A DNA stretch of 64,000 nt from a virus (taxonomy: Duplodnaviria; Caudoviricetes). The position numbers and the translations under genes were made by a program. A model generated the notes under the pieces. That model searched no databases. It saw only the letters and a list, made by a program, of their open reading frames with translations, and was not told the origin of the DNA. The number at the start of each line of letters is the position of its first letter. Position 1 is the first letter of the stretch. Positions 18,318 to 28,797 of this stretch are shown here, one piece after another. The stretch spans positions 352,001-416,000 of the IMG/VR virus record IMGVR_UViG_3300014205_000170; one strand, given 5' to 3'.

Positions 18318-18903
18318 ATGTGATTATTGATGAAATCACAAAAATAATTCCTGAAACTAAAAAATCATTGTTTAATACATAATTGAAGAACTTATTGTTA
18401 TAATCTATTTTGGTTTTCATCAAAACTCCTTCCTTATAAAAGAATAAAAAATCACCATTTATTAGGGCTGGTTTTTTATTCTCTCTAGTAATCATTCCAT
18501 GTTTATACCAAACTGCGTGATTACGTGATTTTTTATAGACAACAGCAGGTAAATCATATTCTCTGTGCTTGTTGCCATTAACCCAATATTCTTCTGCTAT
18601 TTCTTCATTAGGTGTATTGCTTATGATAGCCGGTCTATTGTTTTGTCTATGTATGTTGCCATGTTTATACCAAATGAATAGACCCATTTCTAGAACAGCC
18701 GGATTATTATTATTTCTGTGTAGTCTACCATTATTATCGAAAAATTTAATTCCGACAGGAGTAGTTGAAAAATCAAAAAGTAATCTTGCAGAATCAATTT
18801 CAAATTTTTCAATAATCACCACACGTTCAACTTGTTCTGGTAAATGATGTTGAATCCTTTTTTGAAAGTCTTCTAAGTGTTTGGAAAATGGTGGAATATT
18901 CAT
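18298..18903 (-). CDS. HR-xx-PA repeat protein with C-terminal membrane anchor
   Basis: Four G-x-x-(H/T)R...PA repeats; hydrophobic C-terminus. Confidence 0.7.
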   Translation of the reverse strand: MNIPPFSKHLEDFQKRIQHHLPEQVERVVIIEKFEIDSARLLFDFSTTPVGIKFFDNNGRLHRNNNNPAVLEMGLFIWYKHGNIHRQNNRPAIISNTPNEEIAEEYWVNGNKHREYDLPAVVYKKSRNHAVWYKHGMITRENKKPALINGDFLFFYKEGVLMKTKIDYNNKFFNYVLNNDFLVSGIIFVISSIITFTFLIS

Positions 18904-18960
18904 CTCTACAAAAATAATAAAAATTTATGTCTTTTTTTAAAATATTTACAAGTGTAAATT

Positions 18961-19590
18961 ATGATGCCAAATATTGATAATCAAACTATTAAAATTGCCA
19001 ATCTTTTAAAGAAAACAGCCCCTTTTTTGAAAGATTTTTTATTTAATAGGTTTGTAGAGAAAAATGGCATGAATTTATGGGTTTTTACTCATAAATTTCC
19101 AGATTACACATTTCGTATAATATTCGGTGAAAAAAATAACCAATGGAGAGTTAAAATATTTGTATATTGGAAAAACAAAACTCATGAGCCAACCTTGGGT
19201 GCTGGAAAAGATTTTGAATTTCAAATAGGACCATTTAGTAATGTATTAGATGCTATTAAAGAGGTGGATAAAAAATTACAAAACAATCCAATTATGGGTC
19301 ACCATTTATATCATGATGATTTTGAATTAAATATGGATAAAGAAGCATTACCACTCTTACAAATGTTAAAATCTTCTAGCGAAAAATTATCTTCTATTGG
19401 AGATGTTTATTTTGATGATTTAAAGAAAATATATAATGCAATTAAGAATGTTCCAGAAGACAAATTGCTAAACTACTGTACTATCAACAACCCAAAAGAG
19501 GCTGATAAGCAAGATTTTCTTTTAGATTTACAAAAAATTCATAAGCTTGATTTTTACCATACAATGAAAGGTATGGGACATTTTGGGTAA
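18961..19590 (+). CDS. hypothetical protein
   Basis: 209 aa ORF; TATTTA at 18943. Confidence 0.75.
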   Translation: MMPNIDNQTIKIANLLKKTAPFLKDFLFNRFVEKNGMNLWVFTHKFPDYTFRIIFGEKNNQWRVKIFVYWKNKTHEPTLGAGKDFEFQIGPFSNVLDAIKEVDKKLQNNPIMGHHLYHDDFELNMDKEALPLLQMLKSSSEKLSSIGDVYFDDLKKIYNAIKNVPEDKLLNYCTINNPKEADKQDFLLDLQKIHKLDFYHTMKGMGHFG

Positions 19591-19639
19591 TATTGACTTT
19601 TTGATTTTATTCTATTAATTTTATTGAAAAATATAAATT

Positions 19640-20029
19640 ATGGATAATATTACAAAAGAACAATTTTTAGAGATGTTTAAAAAAGAATGCGAAAATTGTG
19701 CATTCGAAGGAAAGGTTGAAGCTTTTAAAATATTGGAAACTCAACTAGGAGAATCCTCGGTGGAAATTTCAGTTTCAAATTTAATATCACTTCACGCGTT
19801 TAAAACTAAAGAGTTTAAAGAAAAACCATATTCATATACTGGACAAATTTTATTTCGTGGTTTTGTAGATTACAAAACGATTCCTATTCTTGAGGAAGAT
19901 TTCAATTCTCTAGTTGAAACTTGTAGTAAGAGCGAAAGTTTAGCTACAATGAAACTGAGAAATAAAATAATTTTAGAAGGTGAAGAATCTCTAAAACAAC
20001 TACTTCATTACAATACCTTAAAACATTAA
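19640..20029 (+). CDS. hypothetical protein
   Basis: 129 aa ORF. Confidence 0.7.
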   Translation: MDNITKEQFLEMFKKECENCAFEGKVEAFKILETQLGESSVEISVSNLISLHAFKTKEFKEKPYSYTGQILFRGFVDYKTIPILEEDFNSLVETCSKSESLATMKLRNKIILEGEESLKQLLHYNTLKH

Positions 20030-20069
20030 TTTGGTTTAAAATTATTCTTTTCTGAACTATTTACATAGG

Positions 20070-20834
20070 ATGAAAGATTCAGTAAAAGAATTTGAAAATT
20101 TAAATCAAAAAGTAGAAGTACTTTTTGAATCTCTTTCTTTTTTAAATCCAAACAAATGGTTTAGTGATAAATCAAGCGATGCGGAAGCTAACAGGAACTA
20201 TTCTCAAAATTCCACTATCAATCAATATCTACAATCAATAGAGTCTGGAGAAGAATGCTCTCCTAATGCGCCAAATCAAAGATTTCACAGTGAGCCAGGA
20301 AGTAACTCTGCAACTTTTTATTCCATTAAAAATAAAAAGTTAGTTCCAACCGGTTTCGTAAAAGATATTAAGCCATTCTTGGCAAATTCTGGATTTTCCA
20401 AGAAAATGTTAAGATGTTATGATTTATCTAAAGATAGATTAAAAATAGGTTGGCTGTTTAATGGAGAATTTAATGCTGATATCTTAGATTGGGATAAAAA
20501 AAAGAGAAAAGTAATCTTTCAAGGACAATGGAAAAATGGTTTATTTGGCGGTATTAGCTATTCTAAACATAGCGATAAAGCTATTGAGTCTCCTTTGTCA
20601 AAAGAGTATTACATTCTTAAAAAACACCAAGAAATAGGTCCATATACTGCAGGGCAAATAATAGGTTTGGTTGAAAAAGGCAAATTATCCTTTGGGTCTA
20701 TTATAAGACCAATTGAATCAACTGATTATCAATATGTTAGTAATGATAAAAATTTAGCATTTTTATTGCAAAAACCAACGCCTAAAACTACACCAAAAAA
20801 GCCTAATTCTAATCCTGCCGGCCAACTAGGTTAA
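20070..20834 (+). CDS. protein with C-terminal GYF_2 (DUF4339)-like domain
   Basis: YYILKKHQEIGPYTAGQIIGLVEKGKLSFGSII. Confidence 0.65.
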   Translation: MKDSVKEFENLNQKVEVLFESLSFLNPNKWFSDKSSDAEANRNYSQNSTINQYLQSIESGEECSPNAPNQRFHSEPGSNSATFYSIKNKKLVPTGFVKDIKPFLANSGFSKKMLRCYDLSKDRLKIGWLFNGEFNADILDWDKKKRKVIFQGQWKNGLFGGISYSKHSDKAIESPLSKEYYILKKHQEIGPYTAGQIIGLVEKGKLSFGSIIRPIESTDYQYVSNDKNLAFLLQKPTPKTTPKKPNSNPAGQLG

Positions 20835-20835
20835 T

Positions 20836-20861
20836 GTAACCTTTTGTTCTATTTTTCGTTT
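20836..20861 (+). promoter_or_regulatory. putative ECF-sigma-type promoter
   Basis: GTAAC 20836-20840, N16, CGTTT 20857-20861. Confidence 0.65.
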
Positions 20862-20878
20862 AAAATTAAAAGAGCATT

Positions 20879-21526
20879 ATGAAAAATAAGACAAAACAAA
20901 CAATTAAACCCCTTAAAACACAAGAAAGTGTTGTTGTAAAAAAAACAGGGATTTTAGCTATTTTTTCTTTTTTACTTAAAGTAATAACTTTCCCATTTTA
21001 TTGTCTTTACTTGTGGTTGTTTAAAGTACCTCCGGTTCCAATGCCAGTGTTGGGTTTTGTAAGATTTTTGGTTTTTATTACTTTGTCTTTACAAAATAAA
21101 GCTTTTGAATTGTTCTTAAATGATTTTTGTGATAAACATAAATTACCATCATCGATTTCAATTGCTATTTTAGGAATCCTAGCCATAGTTATGTTAATAG
21201 GTTTGTTTTTCTCTTTTATGGAAACTTTCGGTTATCATGATGCAACATATAGTGGTGTTGGTTTTCATGACAATAAAAAGAAATATAACTCAAAATTCGA
21301 AGCTTTTAATGAAACACTTGAATATAGAGATAGTGTTTTAAAAACAAAATATGGAACAACACAAGTTGATGAATTGAAAAAGACAGGATTCATGACTGAT
21401 GTGCAACTAAATTCATTATCTAATTCTCCAGAAGTGAATGAGGCTCTAGAATTTGCCAATACGCGAATGAAGTCTTATGATACTGGAGCTAAATATAATT
21501 ACTTAAAAAGTCTCTTTGGGCACTAA
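20879..21526 (+). CDS. membrane protein
   Basis: About three hydrophobic segments in the N-terminal half. Confidence 0.7.
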   Translation: MKNKTKQTIKPLKTQESVVVKKTGILAIFSFLLKVITFPFYCLYLWLFKVPPVPMPVLGFVRFLVFITLSLQNKAFELFLNDFCDKHKLPSSISIAILGILAIVMLIGLFFSFMETFGYHDATYSGVGFHDNKKKYNSKFEAFNETLEYRDSVLKTKYGTTQVDELKKTGFMTDVQLNSLSNSPEVNEALEFANTRMKSYDTGAKYNYLKSLFGH

Positions 21527-21544
21527 AATTGCCTTTCTTACCTT

Positions 21545-21580
21545 AAAAACCGGTTAAACTAAAAATTAACCGGTTTTTTT
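21545..21580 (+). terminator. intrinsic terminator
   Basis: AAAAACCGGTTAA...TTAACCGGTTTTTTT. Confidence 0.8.
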
Positions 21581-21663
21581 ATTGCTAAATGTTCCGCTTT
21601 TCCCTGTATCAATTAGTTTTAAATATATTGAGTGAGTTTTTTATTCAATTATATTTATCCTAA

Positions 21664-24600
21664 ATGGCAAAAGAACTAAATCCTAAAGACTTAAAGAAGC
21701 TTCTTGAACTTCAAGAAAGGATGACTAAATCTGGCGTAGATTGGTCAAACTCAATGAAGTCGTCTAAAGGTTTTGTCGATTCAATATCAAATCAATTATT
21801 TGGAATGGGTTCTAGTAAATTTTTTGAGGAGGTTAAATTCTCTGCGGAAGATTTATCAAAAATGAGTGAGGATGTAAAAGTCTTGGATGATGCTTTACAA
21901 GATGCTTCTGCGACAGTTAATAAAGATTTTAAAACTGCTTTAGCAAACGCTAGAAGAGAAAGTACAAAAATGGGTGTAGATTTTAATGCAAATTTAAATA
22001 CTATGCTTGATAATTTATCTTCTACAATGCCTGAAATAGCAAAAGAAATTGCTGATGCTATAAGTTCTAAAACTTTTTCAGGTATGTCAGAAGAGGCAAT
22101 GAAAGAATTTAGAAAAATAACAAAAGATAAAGAAGGTTTTAATAGATTAGAAAAATTTTTTGATTCAAAGGCGGTAAAAAACATAAAAGAGATTGAAAAA
22201 GAATTAGGAAAAACAAATGAAATGCTTCAAAGTAATGGTCAAACAACTTTGAAGTGGGATAAAACTCTTAATACAATTGCAGAAAGATTAACACGAGGAT
22301 TCAATTTAAATTCCCTTAGAGACTCTGTATTAAGTTATGACCAAACTTTAACAGATGCACAAAAAGATACCGGAATAGCCTTTAAAAATAATTCTATGGG
22401 TATGGCTGACCTTACTAGTTATACTCAACAGTTTGGTCTTGGAGTTAAAGAAGCTGGAGAATTAATGGGAAATCTTGGTGGTGTTTTAAGAACAACAGAT
22501 TTCAACATATTATCAGAAGCTGCAAAAGATATGGCAGCCATTGGAAAATCAACAGGATTGTCTGCAAATGAAGTCGGAGACCTTGGTGGTCAAATGATGT
22601 TGTTAGGAAAATCTTCTAAGGATGTAAGTCAATTTGCAGAGAACACAATGAAATCTGCAATGAACTTTGGAGTGAATGGAAGAAAAGTAATGCAAGATAT
22701 TGTCAAAAACTTACCAAAGTTTAGACAAATGGGTTTTCAAGGTGGAGAAGAAAGTTTAAAGAGAATGGCAATACAAGCCGAAAGACTTGGTCAAAATATT
22801 GATGAAATTTTTGACATGTCTAAACGCGCTAGAAATATAGAAGGTGCTCTTGATATGGCATCACAATTACAATTAGCCGGTGGTTCTTTCGCAAATATTA
22901 ATCCAATGGATTTATTATCTGCTGCAAGAAAAGGTCCAGAAGAATTACAAAAAATTCTTGGACAAATGGGTAAAGATATTGGTAAGTTTGATAAAGCAAC
23001 AGGTCAAATGGCTTTTGATGCTGTTGATTTTGATAGATTACAAATGGTTGCAGATGCAACTGGTATGAGTGTTGATAGTTTGCAAAAGCAAATTACAAAA
23101 ATGAATCAAGATGCATCAAAAACAGAATTAATTCCTCCGGGATTGTTTGATAGTCTTTCAGAAGAACAAAAAGCATTCTTGCTTAATAGTGTTGGTAAGG
23201 ATGGTAAACTTTCAATGTCTATTGATGGTGTTGATGATGTTGGGAAGCTTACAACAGGAAACATTCAAATGGAATTAGAAAGACAAGCTAAAGAAAAGGG
23301 TAATTTAGAAGAACAAGCAAAACAAAATACAAGTTTTCAGGAAAGTATTAAAAATTTGAAAGATTCAATCATGAACATTTTTGTTGTGTTTGAACCCGTA
23401 ATAAAAGCTTTAACAAGATTTATACAATGGTTAAATGCAGCATTTTCAAGTTTTGGAGTAATAGGAAAAACAGTATTTGCAGTTGCATTAGGTGGTTTAG
23501 CATTATTATTTAGTGCTGGAAAACAATTTGCCAATGGTGTTTCTTTTGGTAAAGGATTTCAATCTGCTGCCGGAATGGGAGGGCAAGGCGGCGGAATTAC
23601 AAGTATGTTTAAAAAAGGTGGTGGCGGTGGAGGAATCCCTAGTCCTTCCGGAGCTGATGCAATTCCAGATAAAGGTAAACCAGGAGGATTTCTTGAAAGT
23701 TTAGCATCAGGACTAAAAGCTTTTGGAAAAGATATGGCACAAATTATTAAGGGTGCAGTTGCTTTAAGTCTTTCTGCTTTGTTAATAGGAGGTGCATTAG
23801 TTGCAATTACTGCTGGTATAGCTGCTTTTGGTGGTGATGCTACAGGAGGTCAATTGGTTACTTTTGGATTGGCTTTAGTTGGATTAGCAGGCACAATGTT
23901 TTTAATGAGTAAAATCATGGGACAAGTAAGTCCAGCAGATATTTTAAAAGGTAGTTTTGCTATGGTGGTTATGGGTGCTGCTTTGGTGCCATTTGCGTTT
24001 GCTATGCAAATGATGTCAGGTATTCCATGGACACAAATGCTTGCTTCGTTGGGAATAGCAGCATTAGCTGTTTTGGCTCTTGCAGGTATTGGTGCAATAA
24101 TGATGACACCTGCCGGAATTGCATTTTTATTTGGTGCTGGAGCACTTGCAATAGCAGGTTTATCTTTAATGGTTTTTGGAGCTTCTTTATTAGTTGCAGC
24201 ATCAGGTTTTAAAGCAATGACCGAAATTAATTGGGATAGTTTCTCATCAATGGGAAGTGCCTTATTATCAATTTTGCCTGGATTATTAGGATTGGCCGGT
24301 ATTGGTTTATTTGCGATTCCATCATTGTTATTAATGAGTTTTGCTTTAGGTTCATTAGCTGCTGTTATGTCTATATTAGCCCCAGCAATGTCTGTTGCTT
24401 CTATGGCGACACATTCTATGGCTTCTGGTATAACTGAATTAAAAGAAGCTATAAAAGGACTTGATACTAGTAAATTAGAATCAATGGCAGATGCTGCTGA
24501 AAGATTATCAGTAGGAACTGCAATAGGCGGTTTAGCAAATGCTATTTCTGGTTTTGCAGGTGGAAAATCAGAAAAAGAAACTACTGTAAGAATAGCACCA

Positions 24601-24675
24601 ATAGAAATAGAATTAAAACTAGATGGTCGTACCTTACAAAAACTTATTATTGATGATACTAAAATTATTAGTTAA
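21664..24675 (+). CDS. tail tape measure protein
   Basis: 1003 aa, helical N-terminus, Ala/Gly-rich hydrophobic repeats, C-terminal IELKLDGR; follows the chaperones and precedes the baseplate genes. Confidence 0.88.
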   Translation: MAKELNPKDLKKLLELQERMTKSGVDWSNSMKSSKGFVDSISNQLFGMGSSKFFEEVKFSAEDLSKMSEDVKVLDDALQDASATVNKDFKTALANARRESTKMGVDFNANLNTMLDNLSSTMPEIAKEIADAISSKTFSGMSEEAMKEFRKITKDKEGFNRLEKFFDSKAVKNIKEIEKELGKTNEMLQSNGQTTLKWDKTLNTIAERLTRGFNLNSLRDSVLSYDQTLTDAQKDTGIAFKNNSMGMADLTSYTQQFGLGVKEAGELMGNLGGVLRTTDFNILSEAAKDMAAIGKSTGLSANEVGDLGGQMMLLGKSSKDVSQFAENTMKSAMNFGVNGRKVMQDIVKNLPKFRQMGFQGGEESLKRMAIQAERLGQNIDEIFDMSKRARNIEGALDMASQLQLAGGSFANINPMDLLSAARKGPEELQKILGQMGKDIGKFDKATGQMAFDAVDFDRLQMVADATGMSVDSLQKQITKMNQDASKTELIPPGLFDSLSEEQKAFLLNSVGKDGKLSMSIDGVDDVGKLTTGNIQMELERQAKEKGNLEEQAKQNTSFQESIKNLKDSIMNIFVVFEPVIKALTRFIQWLNAAFSSFGVIGKTVFAVALGGLALLFSAGKQFANGVSFGKGFQSAAGMGGQGGGITSMFKKGGGGGGIPSPSGADAIPDKGKPGGFLESLASGLKAFGKDMAQIIKGAVALSLSALLIGGALVAITAGIAAFGGDATGGQLVTFGLALVGLAGTMFLMSKIMGQVSPADILKGSFAMVVMGAALVPFAFAMQMMSGIPWTQMLASLGIAALAVLALAGIGAIMMTPAGIAFLFGAGALAIAGLSLMVFGASLLVAASGFKAMTEINWDSFSSMGSALLSILPGLLGLAGIGLFAIPSLLLMSFALGSLAAVMSILAPAMSVASMATHSMASGITELKEAIKGLDTSKLESMADAAERLSVGTAIGGLANAISGFAGGKSEKETTVRIAPIEIELKLDGRTLQKLIIDDTKIIS

Positions 24676-24722
24676 TAATAATATGTATTTTTTATTCAAA
24701 TGTATTTAAAATAAACAAAACA

Positions 24723-27700
24723 ATGTCTGATTTTTTTGACGAAACATTAGAGGAACAAGAATCAAGGGAAAAATTTGAATATTTCTTTGGTCAATATTCC
24801 TCTGAAGTAAGGAAAAAATTATTGTCAAAAAACATCCCAAAACCAGACAATTTATATGACATTTTATATACAAAAGTAAGACAAGATTTATTAGCAAAAA
24901 ATGAAACTCAATTTTCTGTTGATATTGATGAAACTGCTAAAGTAGTAAGAAACAATCTTCTTTCTAAACATGTAGAGAATCAAATAAATTTAGATTTATC
25001 AGGAGATAACTACAGACAAACTCAACTTTCTAGAAATGTATTATTAAAATCTACTTTAGATTTAAATGATGTTTCTGATTCTGTTAGACAAAATTTAATA
25101 TCAAAAAATATTCCAATTTCTATTGACCTAGACAAACGTGCTAGTGATGTACGAGAAAAAAATTTAGCAAACAATTCTGAAAAAGATATAAATCTTGACC
25201 AAAATTCTTTGCAAGTTCGTGAAAATTTACTTTCTAAAAATACTGATTCTACAATTGATTTAGATGCGTCTGCTTCTGGTGTGAGAGAGCGTTTGTTAAG
25301 TTCTAATGTAGACAACACAATTAATCTTGATAGTTCTGCTGATAATACAAGAAATATTTTATTATCAAAAAATACAAACAATGAAGTTAATCTTGATAAA
25401 CAAGCAGCTCAAAACAGAGATGCACAAATTTCCAAAAATACAGAATCTGAAATTAATTTAGATTCTATTGCAGACAATATTAGAAATAATATTTTATCAA
25501 AAAACAAAGAATTAAATACAAACATAGATGATATTGCTAATATTGCAAGAGAAAAAAATAAATCTCAAAATGTTGAAAATTTAAAAAATCTTGATGAAAC
25601 GGCTAATGTATCTCGTTTACAACAAATTGCTTCTAATAAAGAAAGTGATATAAATATAGATGCAATTGCAGACAATGCAAGAAAAACACAAAGTTCAAAA
25701 AATCCCGAAGATGTTGTAAATTTAGATAAATTATCCACACCTACAAGGCGTGATATGCTTTCCACAAACGTGAGCTCAGAAATTAATCTTGATGATTCAG
25801 CAGAAAAAACAAGAAATAATTTATTGTCTACAAATAAAGAAGTTGATTCTAAAATAGAATCAATAGCAGAATCTGCAAGAAATACAGAATTATCTTTTAA
25901 TGTAGATACAAGTGTGGATTTGGATAATGCTGCACAAACGCCAAGAAACACTTTACTTGCATCTAACGTCCAAAATAATATTGATTTAGATAACGCTGCG
26001 CAAATACCAAGAAACACTTTATTAGCTGCAAATACGCCTATAGATATTAATTTGGATAACGCTGCGCAAACGCCAAGAAACACTTTATTGGCTGCAAATA
26101 CACCTATAAATATTGATTTAGACAATGCTGCACAAAATCCAAGAAATAATTTATTAGCTGCAAATACACCTATAAATATTGATTTGGATAATGCTGCACA
26201 AACGCCAAGAAACACTTTACTTGCATCTAACGTCCCAAATAATATTGATTTGGATAACGCTGCGCAAACGCCAAGAAACACTTTATTGGCTGCAAATAGC
26301 TCTGCTAATATTGATTTGGATGTAAATTCTGCTCCAACAAGAGCATCGTTATTAGCTACAAATAATCCAAAAAATATTGACTTAGATTCAGATTCTGTAA
26401 TTATAAGAAACAATTTATTAGCAGCAAACACTTCTACTAATGTAAATTTAGATTTAACCGCATCTATTACTCGTAATAATTTGCTTGCGCATAATTCCGT
26501 TACCAGTGTTGATTTAGATATTACAGCTAATCCAATAAGAAATACATTGCTTGCAGCAAATGTAAAAACCGCCAACCCAATAGAAAGCGTTGCAAATGTA
26601 TTCAGACATAATTTATTAAGTAAAAATGATAAAGCCAATGGTTTAGGCACTAATGTATTTTTAGCTGGAACAAGTACATTTATAGGAGTTTCTAATTTAG
26701 AAATAATAAGCGCTCCCATAAGAGGGTTAATGAAATTGAGAGGTAAGTTTTTTGATAACAATACAAATTTGCCGGCACAATATGGTTTAGCTTTATCTTC
26801 TTCTGATGGGATTACACCAACAGCTAAAATAACAAATGCAATTCAATTATATAACTTACAAAAGAATGCATTCATGTCTGTTAGATATGCAGATAAATCA
26901 TCAGGATATAATACGTTAATAAGTCATAATACAGACGGATTTCAACAAATGTTATCTTTATTAGGGAGAATTTCTAGCAAAAGAGAAATTGAAACTAATA
27001 CAACTCCAGCAAATGTTGTTGTTCAAAACCAAGGAGTATATGTAGGTTTGCCTACTACAGAAAGTAATTCATCGCCGGTAACAAAACTTTTAAAACCTCT
27101 TGATGGGAATTTAGGAACAGCGGCATCTATGATGTCAAACACAGTGCCAAGCGATAGAGTAGCGGCAAATTTTAACAAGAATGAAAGAGGTGTTAGTAGA
27201 ATTATTAATACCATTAGAAAAGATTCATCTATTGCTATGGCAAAAAATTATGATTCTCAAAACTCTACTTCTTTTATCATTGGAACAAATTCAGATGGGT
27301 CTAATAAACTTGCTTATAATAGATATACAATTGCAAATCCATATCAACCAAATAAGGATGCCGGAACTTTAGAATTAAGAATTAAAAATTATGCAATATA
27401 CAATGGAAATAAGAGACTTGTTCATACAATGAGTTTTCCTCCATACGTAAAAAGTTTTGCAAATAGCGATAGTGCTAATTGGAATAAGATAGATTATTTA
27501 GGTAGACCAGAACCGATATATACTTATTCAAATTCTAGTAGAGAAGGTTCTTTATCATTTTATGTTTTAACTGATTATTCTCAAGAAGTTGATATTGGGT
27601 ACGATTATGCAAATCAAACTGCTAAGAAAGAAACTTTTAATAAACACTTTACAGACCAAATTAATAAAACTGAAAAATCTTCTGATATTGAAGTTGAAAT

Positions 27701-28415
27701 AAGTGATAAACAAAATCAGTTAGCATCTTATTATGATATGCTTTCAGGAGTTGAAGGTCAGGATGTTGGTGATTTAGCAGGTATACAAAGTAGAATTAAT
27801 GAATTGACACAAGAAATTTCAAATTTAGAAGCAAAACAAAAAGAGATTACAACAGGAAAGGGTTTAGGACCAACTAGAGCGTATAAAGAATTTGATACAT
27901 TAAATGGAAATGTATATAAAACTTTAATTAACAATGGTACAATACAAGACACATCAGGAAATATTGAATTAAGAACAGAAGAAACTGCGCAAAGATTGTC
28001 TAGAATGAAAAAAGATTTATTGTTTCAACCTGGATTTTTCTCAGGAGACAAAGTTGATTTTCTTAATAGAATGGAATTTATAGCTAAATTAACAAGGCCA
28101 GCTAGAAGCTCTTCTAGTGCTGGGTTTTCATTTACATTCCCACCAGTATGTCATATTCAATTAGGTGATTGGTTTAATCATGATGTTATTATAAACAGCG
28201 TTTCTTATGATTATAGTGATGCCCCTTGGACCATTGATGGTGCAAAAGGCAGAACTCAACCTATGTGGACTTTAGTTTCCTTAAGCTTTAATGTTGTGGG
28301 CACTTATGATTCCCAACCAGGACAAAATGTTCCTTTAGCTACAGATATTGGTGGTTTTTATCAAAAAACAATCAAATCAACCGGTGCACCAATAGCTCCA
28401 TCGAAGCAAAAATAA
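24723..28415 (+). CDS. baseplate/tube-initiator-like protein with ~28 N-terminal 22-aa repeats
   Basis: C-terminal FPPY...ANWNKIDYLGRPEPIYTY and PPVCHIQLGD...INSVSYDY...PW motifs; repeat consensus IDLDxxAxxxRNxLLxxN. Confidence 0.75.
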   Translation: MSDFFDETLEEQESREKFEYFFGQYSSEVRKKLLSKNIPKPDNLYDILYTKVRQDLLAKNETQFSVDIDETAKVVRNNLLSKHVENQINLDLSGDNYRQTQLSRNVLLKSTLDLNDVSDSVRQNLISKNIPISIDLDKRASDVREKNLANNSEKDINLDQNSLQVRENLLSKNTDSTIDLDASASGVRERLLSSNVDNTINLDSSADNTRNILLSKNTNNEVNLDKQAAQNRDAQISKNTESEINLDSIADNIRNNILSKNKELNTNIDDIANIAREKNKSQNVENLKNLDETANVSRLQQIASNKESDINIDAIADNARKTQSSKNPEDVVNLDKLSTPTRRDMLSTNVSSEINLDDSAEKTRNNLLSTNKEVDSKIESIAESARNTELSFNVDTSVDLDNAAQTPRNTLLASNVQNNIDLDNAAQIPRNTLLAANTPIDINLDNAAQTPRNTLLAANTPINIDLDNAAQNPRNNLLAANTPINIDLDNAAQTPRNTLLASNVPNNIDLDNAAQTPRNTLLAANSSANIDLDVNSAPTRASLLATNNPKNIDLDSDSVIIRNNLLAANTSTNVNLDLTASITRNNLLAHNSVTSVDLDITANPIRNTLLAANVKTANPIESVANVFRHNLLSKNDKANGLGTNVFLAGTSTFIGVSNLEIISAPIRGLMKLRGKFFDNNTNLPAQYGLALSSSDGITPTAKITNAIQLYNLQKNAFMSVRYADKSSGYNTLISHNTDGFQQMLSLLGRISSKREIETNTTPANVVVQNQGVYVGLPTTESNSSPVTKLLKPLDGNLGTAASMMSNTVPSDRVAANFNKNERGVSRIINTIRKDSSIAMAKNYDSQNSTSFIIGTNSDGSNKLAYNRYTIANPYQPNKDAGTLELRIKNYAIYNGNKRLVHTMSFPPYVKSFANSDSANWNKIDYLGRPEPIYTYSNSSREGSLSFYVLTDYSQEVDIGYDYANQTAKKETFNKHFTDQINKTEKSSDIEVEISDKQNQLASYYDMLSGVEGQDVGDLAGIQSRINELTQEISNLEAKQKEITTGKGLGPTRAYKEFDTLNGNVYKTLINNGTIQDTSGNIELRTEETAQRLSRMKKDLLFQPGFFSGDKVDFLNRMEFIAKLTRPARSSSSAGFSFTFPPVCHIQLGDWFNHDVIINSVSYDYSDAPWTIDGAKGRTQPMWTLVSLSFNVVGTYDSQPGQNVPLATDIGGFYQKTIKSTGAPIAPSKQK
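25917..26312 (+). repeat. six near-identical 66-bp coding tandem repeats
   Basis: GATTTGGATAATGCTGCACAAACGCCAAGAAACACTTTACTTGCATCTAACGTCC occurs at 25917 and 26181 (264 bp = 4 x 66). Confidence 0.9.
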
Positions 28416-28488
28416 TCTATTTTAGGTTCAAGATTATTTTGTTCTGTATTATTTATTTTAAACCTCTTTAATTTAACTTTACTTAAAT

Positions 28489-28794
28489 ATGGCAATTAGT
28501 AGATATAGACAATTAATAACACCACAAAGAACAATTCAAACAGTTCCCGGAATTACTATTTCCAATAGAGAAACAGATAAGTTTATTAATTACAATTACG
28601 ATAAAATGAGATTTGATACAATATCAGCTGAAATATACGGTGAAGATATGTATAATTGGCTTATTTCAATTGCGAATCCTGAGTATCCTTTAGAATTTGA
28701 TATACCCAATAATAGTATTATTAGAGTTCCTTATCCTTTAAATGACGCTCTTTTAGAATATGAACAAAAAGTTGTAAATCTTAAAAATAAGTAA
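28489..28794 (+). CDS. baseplate wedge protein, LysM/tail-X (gp53-like)
   Basis: RFDTISAEIYG...WLISIANP...IIRVP. Confidence 0.85.
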   Translation: MAISRYRQLITPQRTIQTVPGITISNRETDKFINYNYDKMRFDTISAEIYGEDMYNWLISIANPEYPLEFDIPNNSIIRVPYPLNDALLEYEQKVVNLKNK

Positions 28795-28797
28795 GAA

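Noticed and set aside
14529-18903. Diversity-generating retroelement acting on the repeat proteins
   Set aside because: No reverse transcriptase and no TR/VR pair differing at adenines was seen
25917-26312. Periodic 66-bp repeats as a CRISPR array
   Set aside because: No unique spacers; the units are in-frame coding repeats with synonymous variation
25565-26761. 398-aa antisense ORF and other antisense or nested ORFs in the track (e.g. 11351, 21792, 25022, 29241, 36192, 63092)
   Set aside because: Shadows of well-supported genes on the other strand or frame; the repeat lacks stops on the reverse strand
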